64,000 bases of DNA from Lama guanicoe (GCA_013239625.1 MU053934.1:775285-839284), one strand, 5' to 3'; shown: positions 12,331 through 25,420, numbered from the stretch's first letter. The notes: generated by a model from the sequence alone, not told the origin. Translations and numbers: made by a program.

Positions 12331-14804
12331 CTTGTCCTCTATTGTGCGTTTTGTTCATATTATATTGACACAAATTTCAGACATTGTATGATTGCCCCCA
12401 GAGTTCTTAGTTATGTATCTTTACAAAAGAAGAACTCTTAGAAAAACACACAGTATCATTATCATACCTTAAAAAGCCAGCAATAATTCTTCATAACCAT
12501 CAAACATTAAGGTAGTGTTTAAATTTCCATTTTTCATAACTGTGCCTTTTTAATAACTTGTTTGAAAATATCCATACCTTGTGATTGTTTGACATATATT
12601 TTAAGACTCTAAATCTAATATATACCTCATCTCTTTTTCCCTTTCTTGCAACTGTGTCTTTTGTCTTTGTTGCTTCCCCTAGTCTGCATTGGAGTGATGT
12701 ATCCACATTTTACATTTTAAAATATTTCTCTATCCTCTTTATTTCCTATAAATGGGCAGCTGGATCTAAAGCCTTGATCAGATGCAGGTTCATTTCATAT
12801 TTTGTATTTTTGACAAGACTCTTCCACCAGGAGGCACATCGAGTCTCAGTCTCTCTTTGTGATGCCGGTGACAATTGTCAATGCCTACCTTTGTCAATTA
12901 ATTAGGGGTTACAAAATGGCAACATTCTGATTTTATTGTTCCTTTTTGATTCTTTGAGTTACTAATTCAATATAGAATTCTTGATGCTAGAAAAATCCAT
13001 TTTTTTTCCTCTGCTGTTTGGTTGCCTAGAAGTAAAAGAAGTCAGGCATTTCAAAATAGCTAACTGAGTTTTCTAATATCTTTCAATAGTGACCAATTAG
13101 TTTACATTTTAAAAAGATTGTTATGCACTCACAAGTGCAAATAAATTTGCTGTATTTTAACCCACAGAAGTTATTTTCTCCTGATGCTCACAAGGTCCTA
13201 TTTTTGGCCAGTGGAAGTCTCATCGACTTGGTTCCTGATTCTTTTTGACGTGCTGGTGGTCTTTTTTGGATAGTTTCCTAGGACTCTGGTAGGGCAGTAT
13301 GTATGTTAATATCAATATATATTGATTTATATTAATAATGTTTATATAATATAAAGTAATCATATAATTAATTTATATTAATAGTGCTTTAGGCTCACCT
13401 TATGCATTTTCTGCTCCAGATAATCAGTGGTTTCTGCCAGGAGCCCTGATTTCTTACTGGGAAAAGAAATTTCAAGACTTTAGTCTGTGCTTTAAGGATC
13501 TCACTGCTATTAGAGTTTTCAATGTTTTAGATATTTTCAGTAGACAGTGCTAAGAAATATTTTCTCGGAGACACTACATCATGGGTTTATACTGATGTTT
13601 CCAATCCAGTGCCAAGGTTATAAGCTTTCTCCTTAATCGTTTCTGTATTATATCTACATCTCCTTACTTCTATTCGAAGATGCTTGATTGCATGAAAATT
13701 GGAAATAATAGAGTATTATGGAAATTTGCTTTATTATTACGTACACAACAAACTAATAATACCAATACTCTAATAATATGATTACTGAAAACGTTCACTT
13801 TTATTTTGTATTTTAAAAAATCCTTAGTGTATAGCTCACAATGGAAGGACGGTTAAAATCACTGTCCTTCAAAGTTATTTGGAATACTATCTCTCTGTGT
13901 GGCTCTGCACCAGTTGAACACACTTACTGGGATTTTTGTTGTTATTACATTGATTTATTTTTAATTTTTAGCCAATACTTTTAATTTTATTTACAATTAC
14001 ATAAAATGATTCATAATTCTAAATCAAATCTATAAAACAAGATATATTCAAAGAAGTCTAGCTTCTGTCTCTGTACCTCTCACCCTAGTCTTTCCCTCCC
14101 TTATAGATAACCATTAAAACATCTGTGGTTTATCTTTTATTGATTTTTAATTGATATATATATACATATATATATATAAAAACACCTCCCTTTCCTAATA
14201 AACAGGAGCATACTATATGCACTTTTCAGTACTTTCTTATTTTCTCTTAAACATATGTTTTGGGATTTACTCCACAGCAGTATATAGAGATAGGCCTCAT
14301 TTATTCTTTTTTCAGTTGTATACTAATATCCTCAGCCCCCTCATTCTGGGTTATGGTCTGTTGGTTCTCTGCTATGAGCAATGGAAATTAATGAACAGCC
14401 TATTCTTCCTCCTCTCATATCTCCCCCACAGAAGGAATACTTTTAATTCCCAGCTAATAAGTGACATTAACCATCTTAATCCAATGCCTGTGCACTCTCC
14501 CTCTCCTCCCACCCATTTTTTATAGTTGTGCTGTGTCGGCATTGTCATAACATACAGTCAGTGCCTACTGTATGCTCTCCCTTATAATTGTTTTAGCTCT
14601 ACAGAAACACGCACACAGTTTTATATATTTATGTTTATTTAATGTTCCAGGGACTTGGATTAACTGAAGCTTACAGTCAAGTGGATACTCAAGGGGAGCT
14701 CAGGGGAATGCTATTCTCTTAGTACTCTTGATGAGAACCGTTTGAAAGTCAGCTTGGCTAGATAGGCAAATCTTTGGCTCACATCTCTCCCTTTTCATTT
14801 ATTT

Positions 14805-15115
14805 CATTTAACAGCCTCATTGAGATGTAATTCACATATCATAACATTCCCTCTTTTAAAGTGTACAGTTCAGTGGTTTTTAGTATAGTCACCAAGTTGT
14901 AAAACCATCACCACTATCTAACCCCAGAACATTTTCATCACCCCCCAAAGAAAACCTGTACCCATCAGCAGGCACTCCTCATCCCCTCCTCCCTCCAGCC
15001 CCAGCACCCACTAATCTACTTTTTGTCTTTGTAGATTTGCTTGTTGTAGACATACCATGTAAATGGAATCATACAAATGGAGTATTTCATGACTGGCTTC
15101 ATTCACTCAGCATTC
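14805..15115 (-). mobile_element. L1MB-type 3' end
   Basis: ttgagatgtaattcacatatcata...aaagtgtacagttcagtggtttttagtatagtcac...ccactaatctacttt...aaatggaatcatacaa. Confidence 0.85.
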
Positions 15116-16083
15116 ACATTGTCTTTCTTTGAATGTATTAAATATGTTACCCATTGTCCTCTGGCATAATGTGTTACTCTCAAAACATTTGATGACAATC
15201 TGATATTCTTATCCTTGTAAGTGACTTGGTTTCTGTGCTTGGATACCCTAAGATTTTTCTTTTTTCTTTAAAGTCAAACAATTTTACTAGAGTGTGTATC
15301 TATATTGGTTGACATGGGTTGATTTTACCTAATACATAATGTGCCATTTCAAATGAAGTTTCAAATAAAAAATATTTTAGGATAACTTTTTCAAGCTACA
15401 GATTTAGGATTTGTTTTCTTTCTTTTCCTTGTAGTTCCTTCATCTAGAACTCTAATTATACACATGTTGGATCATCTTTGACTTTTATATTTGTTACTTT
15501 CCTTTAAAAATTCTTATTTCTCTGTCTCTTTTCATTTAAAATTTTCTCCTTTTCATCTTCTGTTTCTTTTAAAGCATTAGCTGCTGTTTCTTTACTCTTC
15601 TGTTTTTTCGTTCTATTTTAGTCTTCATTTCTGAAGTGTTATTTTTCTTTTGTTTCTAAAATTTTCCTGAATTTTATCACCTCATTTTTCAGTCTTTCTT
15701 ATTCTGATTTATATTGTTAGCTCATATCTTCTCTTATTGCTTCTAATTTCTTTTAGACCCTTCGGAAATACTAGGTTATAAGCAGTTTCGTGTGTTTCTT
15801 TTAAACATTTTTTAGGATCATTCTTTTATCATATATTGGAACATTATTCTGCTTTTACCTTGCTGTTTTCATAATAATTTTATACGGAATTTAAGCATAA
15901 TGTTTTTCTCATTTTTGCATGGTATTTCTTTTTCTGCATTCTTTGATCAGAGGGACAGTCAAGATAGAATTTCTAGCCTTAGAACTCTGGAGTTCTCTTT
16001 TCTGTTGTTGTTGTGAAGTGTTAAAAAGTCAAGGCCTTATGAATTCTGAGATCTCATGGTTTCTGAATTCCTCCCTCCACTTT

Positions 16084-16206
16084 GTTTTTTAACTGTATTA
16101 TTATTTTTTTTAATTCAGGTATAGTCAGTTTACACTGTTATGTCAATTTCTTCTGTACAGCACAATGTCACACTTGGATATACATATATTCATTTTCATA
16201 CTGTTT
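16084..16206 (-). mobile_element. Very short camelid L1 3' end with 13-bp TSD
   Basis: gtatagtcagtttacac...tcaatttcttctgtacagcac...tattcattttcata, flanked by ctccctccacttt at 16071-16083 and 16207-16219. Confidence 0.88.
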
Positions 16207-17439
16207 CTCCCTCCACTTTTATCTGGACTTTTTTGACATTTCCTCCTGTTGTGTCTGTCCTGCTCAATATCAACTCTATACCCCAGAAGATTTCTCCAGT
16301 GCAAAGCTTGGTCTTGAAAGGGTAGGATATGTTGACCAGTACCGGGCACAGACTGCTTCAGTCCCTTCAGGCATTATGTGGCCACCAGGCGTTCACTCAC
16401 AGATTATAGAGGAAACTTCTCCCAGTGTCACTTGCTATCCTCAAGTTGACTTGCTACACTTCTTAAAGAATATGTGATGTTATTTGGGGGGTGGGTTCTT
16501 CTGGCATCCGTCCTCAGGTTTCCCCCTGCACCCCAATACATAGAGGCTGATACTGTGCTGTGGTTTGTCTTCACGGGGCCCTGTTATGGTGTTCATGAGG
16601 ATATCTTATCACTTGGTTGTGTTGTAGATACTTATTTTCTGTGCAGTTTTAGTTTTGCTACCCTCATTGCTCGGTATGGTCTCATGGGAAGGGATTCAGA
16701 AACTGCTGTATCACAGTAGCCATCTTTCCACAACTCCAAAATGTGGTTTTCAAATTGTCAAAATGGCTGTAGGTGCAAGACACCCCCGAAAGTGCAGAGG
16801 AAAGTTGAGGGGGAGGTTGGAGGTCAGCTAGAGGCGGTAACTGCTGTCTGAATGGAGCCCCAGAGGAGTCAGTTGGATAAATAAAGGAGAACAAGGTATT
16901 CAGGCAAAGGGAGCAGCACGTGTGAGCGGTCAGGGCGATGAGACAGCATGTTGCACGTGGGACGGGAGAGGCCCTGGTGCTTGCCCTTTGCTAGGTGGGT
17001 GTCTGAAGATGTGGGCGTGCCCACCTCCTCGCTTTTGTACAGGATGTAAGCCTCTGCTTTTCTGCACTGGCAGCCTTATTCTGCAGGATGGATTGGTTTT
17101 TATGTATTGCGAGTTCTCACCTTTCTGGTCCCTATGTAATTTCTCATTATTCATTGCTATTTGCAGTCCTCTCAATTTAGAGCCATCTGTGAGGTTAATT
17201 TCAATGTTGTTTACTCTTTTCTCCCAAATCATTAATGAAGATAAAACATTCAATGGAATTGAGTTTTGCAGCCATTTCTGGGAAATTCCCCCGAGGCTCC
17301 CTCTTGTTCTAGGAAATCACCTTTAATTCAAACATGTTATCACCCCTTTGGTCAGTTGCTCATATGGATATTAGGCTACAGTTTGTATTCATTTAAATCC
17401 AGTTTTTCACAAAGGCTCCATGGGGTAACCCAACCCTAG

Positions 17440-17830
17440 TCTTCAACAAAACAATAAAGAAGTAATCAAAGATATGCAAATTAAGGCATTATTGAGAAGT
17501 CTGAGGTTTTCGCTGATTAAATTTGTAAAAGCTTGAAAGGTTAGCACCCACTGATGGTAAAGTATGCTGAAATTAGTATTTCTAAATGCTTTTGTAAATC
17601 AATATGGCAGTTAAGCATTAAGGCCATAAGAAGGTTTATCCTTTTCACCAGTAGAATTGTGAATTTATCCTGAGCAAATACTTCTAGATGATAGGAAAAA
17701 TATGTGGATGAAAATCACTGTTGAAGTGTTAAATGCCATGTTATAAAATAGGAGCAACCCAAACCCATTTGCAATAGGGGAATTCTTAAATAAATTAAGG
17801 TACATCAACAGAATTAATGGAAAGTGATAA
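17440..17830 (+). mobile_element. Degenerate L1ME 3' region
   Basis: atatgcaaattaaggc...ggagcaacccaaacccatttgcaataggggaattcttaaataaattaaggtacatc. Confidence 0.55.
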
Positions 17831-18117
17831 ATACATGGGGGGAGTCTCAACAATTGGTAGCTACTATTATTATTGTTGTTGTTGTTATTAATTTCTTTGT
17901 TACTGTTATTAACCTCTGACCCTAGGGACAAGTTGTTTTTTCCTCTGATGCCATGACACAACTCCAGTTTACTGATGGGGACATATTTTGTCTTCTAAAA
18001 TAATTACCAAGAAATGAAATTAAGACCAATAGTTGCAACTTAGGGAGCGCTAGAATGCAGTTTCCTATCAATAAGAACTCTGGAATAGTTAAAACTCTTC
18101 AAAGTTGAGATGAAGCA

Positions 18118-18590
18118 GGAATGTTCATAGCAGTGTTATTCATCATAGCCCCAAATTGGAACTAACCCGTATGTCCATCAACTGATGGGTGGATAAATAA
18201 AATGTGATATAGTGGAATATTATTTGTCAATAAAAGGAAGTAGTGATACATGCTACCATGTGGAGGAAACTTGAAAACATTGTGCTAAATGAAAGGAGCC
18301 AGGCAGAAAGTTCACTTTGCATGGTGCCATTTATAGGAAATGTCTAGAATAGGCAAACCCATAGAGCTAGAAAGAAGATGAGTGATTGTTTAGAAATGAG
18401 GAGGGACAGGTGGAGTGGGGAGTGACTGCTCAGGGGCATGGGTTTCTTTTCTGGGATGATGAAATGTGCTATAATTGACTGTAGTGATGGTTGCAACTTC
18501 TCTGTGCACATAGAAACCATTGAATTGTACACCTCAAACAGGTGAGTTGAGTGGTATGTGAATTACGTCTCAATAAAGCTGGTACCAAAA
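18118..18590 (+). mobile_element. L1MB-type 3' end
   Basis: gaatgttcatagcag...atgtccatcaactgatgggtggataaataaaatgtg...tatgtgaattacgtctcaataaagctg. Confidence 0.88.
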
Positions 18591-19039
18591 GAGGATGAAA
18601 TAAGTCGGTGACAGGAAGCCCAATTATTCAGCCAATCTCTCTAATAGGCAATAATTCAACCTGTAGCATGACCTAAGAGGAATAGAATGCCTCAATATTG
18701 ATGTTAATATTCTTTTTCGACAAAATCCCAGCCCCTCGTAACTATTCTGCAGTTTAGTGCAATTCTGATTTTTAATGTCCCTCCATCTTCACAGTTTTCA
18801 GGCAGTGAAAGCAGCTTTAGGAAATTTCAAAGACTGGCAAACCACCTGAGCCTAAAACCAGGAGATTTTGAACCATTTGGTTTCTTTGTAAGTTTAGAAA
18901 GCTTATCAGTTAAAATTAGGTTTTGCAGAAAATGACAGAAACCTCAAGATAATAGTAAATTAAACAAAGTGGGTGAAAATTAATTCTCCTCCATGTAAAT
19001 GGAGGTAAATATAAATAATCCAAGGTGGACAGAACTGTT

Positions 19040-19370
19040 CTGTGATCCCTGGGTCCCAGTTCCTTTTGAGCATCCATCATCTCAAAACAGCCTTCACTTC
19101 ATAGTCCATAATAGCTGCCCAGATCTTGCCAACTCATCAGCATTCCAGCTAGGAATGAGGAGGACAGAGAGAAAAGAAGGACATAGTTTTTCCATCTGTG
19201 GATTTATTCTAGAAATTGGGCATAACTTTTACATGTTTCTTTTTCCTAGAATTTAGTCATAAGCCATAATTAGCTGCCAGGGTGGCTAGAAAAATGTTTT
19301 TATTTTGGGTGGCCACATGCCTAGCTAAAATTTGAAGGGGAGAATGGACATTGGAGGACTAGCTTTCTCT
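19040..19370 (-). mobile_element. MLT1J/K-like MaLR LTR remnant
   Basis: ttagtcataagccataattagctgccagggtggctagaaaaatg...ggagaatggacattgg. Confidence 0.6.
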
Positions 19371-20259
19371 GATATAAAGTGTCTCTGCCCCTAATTTTTC
19401 ACGTGCAGATGTAGGAAAATGTATATTCAGAATTCTTAGGTTTGGATCCTATCTGACCTGGAAAATCACTTAACAGCCATGAAAATTTCCTCTCCTACCT
19501 CATTAAATCATGGGAAGGGTTAAACATAGTAATCTATGGCAAAAGGGTTTTACAAACTATAAAGCAGTACCCAAACGGTAGATTTAGCTTGGAAAATAAT
19601 TCACGTGGATAAGATATAATAGCTGGGTTTCAATGTCTGAAGAAATTCCCAAGGAAGATAGTTTTTGAAAAAACCTCTGTCACTCCAGAGGGCAGAACGA
19701 GCCTCCAGCTGGGTACCAGATAGCCAGTGTCCTCCGCCCCAGAAACACTCCCTGGGTACCGCTTCCTTGTAGGTTGCCTTTCTCTTTCTTCTTCCTCCTA
19801 TCCTTCCCTGCATCTAGGATCTGTGGTAGACAATCTCGATGGTCTGCTGATACACAAGACATCTGGGTTGGAAAGCCAAGTGGGGAAGGAGCGGTTGGCA
19901 CATGTGTAGGTTGAACTTGTAGGTTTCTGTTCACAGCATGGACAGAAGACAGAACATGGGCTTTGGTGTAACGTAGTGTGTTCCCTGAAAGCTCCTCAGA
20001 AGTAGAGCTCGCATCTTCAGTCCTTCTTTCATCTGTGTCCCCAGAGCCTCACCTGGGCTGGGAGCAGAAGCCTGGTCTCATTGAAGATCTGTTGAACTGT
20101 TATTCAAGATGGGCCTTACCTTAAATCTCAGCTCTCTTACTGACCAGCTGTGAGGCCAACAGAACTTCACCTCTGCATGCTTGAACTTTCCTCATCTGAA
20201 AAACTGAAAATACTAAAAGTTGAAAGGATTCAGCGGGACCAGAACTCAATGTAAGTGTC

Positions 20260-20695
20260 TGTATCAGTTTCTGGAGGCTGTTTTGACAAATTGCCACAAA
20301 CACGGCAGCTTAAAACAACAGAAATGAGTTCTCTCACAGCTCTGGAGCCAGAGGCGCTGCTCTTCCTCTGGAGGTTCGTGGGGAGAATCCTTCTTTGCCT
20401 CTTCCAGCTTGTGGTGTCTGCTGGCATCCCTTTCTTTGTGGCCACATCACTCCAGTCTCTCGCCTCCATCTTCACGTTGCCTTCTCTTCCCTGTGTATTT
20501 TCCTCTTCCGTTTCTTTTAAGGAGATTTGTCATTGGATTTAAAGCCCGCTGGGTGATCCAGGATGATCTCATCTCAAGATCCTTAGTTACATCTTCAAAG
20601 ACTCTTTTTCCAAATAAGGTCACATTCACAGGTTCCATGGATTTGAACTTGGACTTCTCTTTTGGGGAAGTAGGGGCACCACTGAACTCATTAAG
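20260..20695 (-). mobile_element. MLT1C-like MaLR LTR, adjoining a MIR at ~20130-20258
   Basis: tgtatcagttt...cttaaaacaacagaaatg...ggagaatccttctttgcctcttccagctt...tttccaaataaggtcacattcacaggttcc. Confidence 0.88.
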
Positions 20696-22241
20696 TACTT
20701 TTCATCAAGTTTCTCTTCCCGGCAGAAGGAGTCTAGCAGCCTGTGGAATTCAAGAAGCTTTACATGCAACTTTTCACTCTAGTAACCTTCAATTTAAAGT
20801 GTTGCTATCCTTTTCTCTGTGCTTGTTCATTCTTGTGGATACAGAGATGAGGAATATCCAGTCTCCTAGAAGCTCAGTCCAGTGGATTCAGGTCACTCAT
20901 TCTGAATCCACGTTCTACAAAATCTGTAGCTGCGATAACATAGTCCCCCCGTGGAAACCCTAACAATTCACTTACTTACGCATCCTCCAAATACTTAGTG
21001 AATGTCTCCTTTGCCAAGATCTTTGCTAAACCAAAGGGGAGACTCGAAGGTGGCTAAAATACAATATCTACCTTCAAGAAGCTTACAATAAAAAAAGGGG
21101 GGGGGATTTGAAATACATAAAAAGAACGATCGCTTATAGTAGAAAGATAAAGTGAAACTGGACTTTCAAACCCTGTGCAATGAAAAGAACATGCAAACAT
21201 TGGAAACAGAGACTCCCAAAGCCTGTATCTTCCTATGTACATCATGCAGTTTTAAAAACGTCCGCTGACGGTTGAATACTCTTAGCTCAGAGACAATCGA
21301 GGGAGGGTTTATTCTTGAGAGTGCAGTTTTTCAGAATGTTCTGAGAAAGAGTGAATGCTTTTAATGGGGAGGTTAAAGTTGAAATGTATTTGGGGATTGA
21401 GGGAGGGGAGGGCTTGGAAAGATACCAATTGTATTATTAATAACATTGATCTGAGCTAGGCCAGTGGAAATAGAAGGAGGAATTACATCAATAAGACAAA
21501 TGGTACCTCCTGTGCCCTTGAACTCAGTATTGATAGAAGAGTGGATGGGGAGATTTGGGCAATCAATGAAGCTATCTCTAAAATCTCAAGGCAATTGATT
21601 GAAAGAGAGTAAAGAAAACAAGTGAAAAAAAATTTCAGCCTTTCATCATTGCAAATGAGGCCACACTGTTGATCACCCGCTCTTAAAATCAGACTCAATA
21701 CAAGCTGTAGAAGAGAAAAAAAAGATGTCATGTCATCTGAAAATAGGTTAGTCTGCTCCGTTGTATTTATAGGAGGAGAATGATCTAGTTCATGCCTTCT
21801 AAGTAGTTCAACTTCTGTTTATGAAATCAAACCAGCCCCCTTCAGGATGTTGGAATATCTACCTTGACTTAAAACCCCATCCTTATTGGTGTTCGTATGT
21901 TTAAAAAAAAAAAGGGAAATGGAAATATTCCATCAACGTGTTCTGATGCTAAAATGAAATACACGGCAGTGTGTTTTATTGGTACAGAAGTGCGACCTCA
22001 CTTAATGGCAGCTCCTCCGCAAACTTCTTACTCACTTTTGAACTTCTTAACCAAGAGTCTGAATAGCCCAGAATTTGAGCCCCATATTAACCTCAACAGA
22101 CTTTCTTGAACAGAACATACTGAATAAATCTAGTATTTTGGATAAGTTAGGAAAAGGTTGGACTTTTATGTGTGTTATTATTTGTGGTACCTCTTAGTTA
22201 CTGGGAGTTCTCAGAAAATGGGTTGATCTGATTACCAGGTA

Positions 22242-22313
22242 TTTTTTTTTTATTGAAGTATAGTTGATTTACAATATTGTGTTAATTTCTGGTGTACACC
22301 ATAGTGATTCATT

Positions 22314-22350
<37 letters not shown>

Positions 22351-22971
22351 ATTCCTTTTCATTATAGGCTATTACAAGATACTGAATACTGTTCCCTATG
22401 CTGTACACTAGGACCTTGTTGTTTATCTATTTTATATATAGTAGTTAGTATCTACAAATCCCAAACTCCTGATTTATTCTCCCCTCCCCTGCTTTTCCCT
22501 TTGGTAACCATAAGTTTGTTTTCTATGTCTGTGAGTCTATTCTGTTTTGTAAATAAGTTCATTTCTATCATTTTTTAAAGTCCATATAAGTGATAAGATG
22601 ATATTTGTCCTTGTCTGACTGACTTCACTTAGTATGCTCATCTCTGGGTCCACCCGTGTTGCTGCAAATGGCATTATTTCATTCTTTTTATGGCTGAGTA
22701 GTATAACGTTGTGTGTATAACTATGTATGTATGTACGTGTATATCACATCTTCTCAATCATCTATCAGTGGACGTTTAGGTTGCTTCTATGTCTTGGCTA
22801 TTGGAATAGTGCTGCTGTGAGTATTGGGATGCATGTGTCATTTTGAATTATAATTTTGTCTGGATATATGTTCAGAAATGGGATTGGATTGCTGGATCAT
22901 AGAGTAAGTCTACTTTTAGTTTTATAAGGAATCTCCATACTGTTTTCCATAGTGGCTGCATGAAATTACAC
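22242..22971 (-). mobile_element. Cetartiodactyl-type L1 3' end (~730 bp) with internal (TG)n
   Basis: polyT-attgaagtatagttgatttacaat...gttccctatgctgtacac...ttggtaaccataagtttgttttctatgtctgtgagtct...ctccatactgttttccatagtggctg. Confidence 0.92.
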
Positions 22972-22989
22972 TTGTGTGGGATTTCTTTT

Positions 22990-23395
22990 TTGAAGGAGGC
23001 ATCAGAAGGACTTGCTAATGGGATGGACTGGAGTGTGGAGATAGAGAGAAATTAAGGATGACCCCTAAGTTTCTGTTTTGAGCAACTTGGTGGATGGTGG
23101 TGACATTTAATGAAATGGAGAAGACATGGGGAAGAGTGGGCTTGGGGTAGAATTCTATTTTGAAAATTTAAACTTGAGATGAATAATAGATAAGTAAGTA
23201 GAGGTATGTGCAGGAGGGAGTTTGACACACCAGTCTGGAGTTCCAAAGAGAGGTCATAGCTACAGGAATGTACTGAGAGTGTTCAGGATAGAGATGATGT
23301 TTAGAACTATGGGACCAGATGAAATCATCTCAGGAGGAATTGTAGAAAGGAAAAACAGGACCAACAACAAAGCCCAGAGGTCCTCCATGAAGTTC
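22990..23395 (-). mobile_element. L2 fragment
   Basis: aaggatgacccctaagtttctgttttgagcaacttggtggatggtggtgacattt...ttgagatg...agtctggagttc. Confidence 0.75.
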
Positions 23396-23399
23396 AAGG

Positions 23400-23720
23400 T
23401 GGGCTGACTTGACCTGCAGCTCCAGGTGTCATCATGAAACTCCGAATATCTATCAGAGCTAATCTCATGACTTTTGAGGTTATTAGGAGGGAGATTTTCT
23501 CTTGTGGGCTGGACTTGAGCCCAAGAAGATTAAGCCTGAGATTTCGGGAGGAGGCCAGTGCAAAGGAAAGCAGAGCCGATAGATGGGGAGAAATCATCCC
23601 GATTACATCTCCTAAGGACCGGCATCCAGCCACACTTGAAGTTCAGTTCACTCCTGTGCTTTTTCTGTTACATGTGTCAGTGAGACCCCCTTTCATTCAA
23701 GCCAGTTTGAATTGGATTCT
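23400..23720 (+). mobile_element. MLT1K-like MaLR LTR remnant
   Basis: gaggccagtgcaaaggaaagcagagccgatagatgg...ttttctgttacatgtg...caagccagtttgaattggatt. Confidence 0.55.
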
Positions 23721-25199
23721 ATGTCCCTACAGCGCTCCCCCAGCATCTCCCCTTGCACCCTGTGATTGACGTGCCCTGGTTCACAGAGTTAGCAGAGGCA
23801 CGGCTGGGCTCAGCCCCAAGCCTCCCTGGTGGCCCAGGGTTCTTTTCCGCTACGTCTTCCTGCCTGTTGCTCTTTCCTGGGCTGCACCACATGCTGCTAT
23901 GTTTATCTCCCACCGTTTCTGTATGAGTCTAACTTAGGTGATGTTGAGTCTGGAGTGGCATGTGTTGTGTGTGTGCACGAGTGTGTGTGTGACGAGGCAC
24001 TTGTTCCAGGATCACGTGAGCTGAGCACCACCGTCTCCATTCTGAGAGAGGAAGCTGGGAATAGAAAGGCTTCCAGGATGGTTACCACCAGCTGGAATGC
24101 CACTGGATGGCTCCTGCTATGAGTATTTATGCCAAAGGTTAGGACCTCTGCTCTCATCAGAAGCATATTTAGGGCAAGAGGACAGCCATCTGAGGCCCAA
24201 ACTCTTAGTCTCTCGGGCTGAAAATGGCACTGGCTGCACCGATTTCTGTGAGGACAGCCAGTGAGTTGCCATGTCAACTGTCGTCCTATCCCTGGGCCTC
24301 ACATTTTATGCTTTGGCAGGGAAGTCCTCCAAGGCCCAGATAGCTATGCACGCACTTACCATTTATGGAGTTTTTTCTGTGTTCCACACAGCCCTGGAGA
24401 AGTGAGCAGGGCTGGGAGCCTATGCTGCAGGAACTCAGAGTCTGACATGGGAGAAAAACATACCAGCATAATGGGCGTGTGATAAATAAACTCTGTGACA
24501 GTTAGGTGCGAGGTGCTAGGGGAGCAGAGGGGAAGGTTCTGACTGCGTGAATCAGGGGCACCTTCCAGGAGGTGGTGATACCCTGAGCTGGGCTTACAAA
24601 CTCAGGGTCTAGGTGGGTAAAATAAACATTTAAAGTGATCAGGTGTAGGACAATAGGGAGAGGAGGAGCTTCATGCAGCTGGAGAATTCCTGTCCTCTCC
24701 AAAGGCGTTGCGATTTAACCTTTTAAAGAACCTTGTGCTGATGGATTAAACCATCCGCAGGAGGCTGGGGGCTGCCAGTTTTCAGCCTCTGCTTTTGAAC
24801 CGATGAGTAAGAATGCTCCAAGCAGACAAGGCGAAGAAGCGGCCTAGGGAGCAGTTTAAAAAACCTGAGGATAGTACTTCTCAACGTGGAGTATATAAAA
24901 GCTCCCGGGATGAGGCAGAGGCTGACACAAGGTACAGTTCCTTGTTCTGCTTGTCTGCATCTTGACCTCTGCTACATACCGACTTTCACGCATTCTGGAC
25001 CACGATATAACTGCTTTGACTTTACGGAATGATTTGGTCCTTCACACTTTAGTTCAACTTTTTGGACCCACGTTATAGCCTCACTCTCCCTCTTTGTAGT
25101 GTTCTGACCTCAGCTTGCTCCCTTTTGACAGTGTCTCCTCTGAATTTTGAATCTGGTTGAATGCATCCATTATATTTCATAATATCACAGCAATCAGGA

Positions 25200-25420
25200 G
25201 TGGGTGGGTTGTGAATCAAACACCTGGATTGAAATCCTCACTCATCACTTATGGGCTGTGAAATTTGGGAGAAATTCCTGACCATATATATTTAATTTCT
25301 CTGAGGTTCAGTTTCTTTTTCTGTTCAATGGGCATAATGAACCACACTTCATTTTATTTATATGAAGCACTGGGCACAATGCCTGGCGCATAGAATTGCT
25401 CTGAGGAAATGAATGAGCCC
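25200..25420 (+). mobile_element. MIR / L2-tail remnant
   Basis: acctggattgaaatcctc...tctctgaggttcagtttc...gcacaatgcctggcgcatag. Confidence 0.6.

Larger units (their letters stand above)
11990..16737 (-). mobile_element. Long ancient HAL1/L1ME-like element (ORF1 remnant plus 3' region), interrupted by younger L1s
   Basis: Minus strand 15350-15150 gives FEMAHYVLGKINP...HTLVKLFDFKEKRKIL / NQVTYKDKNIRLSS...ARGQW (L1 ORF1p-like); 5' end gccatctttccacaactcc; no ORF2 recognised downstream. Confidence 0.65.

Noticed and set aside
20230..20963. Longest ORF (184 aa) and overlapping ORFs
   Set aside because: Derived largely from an MLT1C LTR; no protein family resemblance
24890..24902. TATATAAAAG TATA box
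   Set aside because: Isolated motif with no CpG island or downstream gene structure; expected by chance in 64 kb
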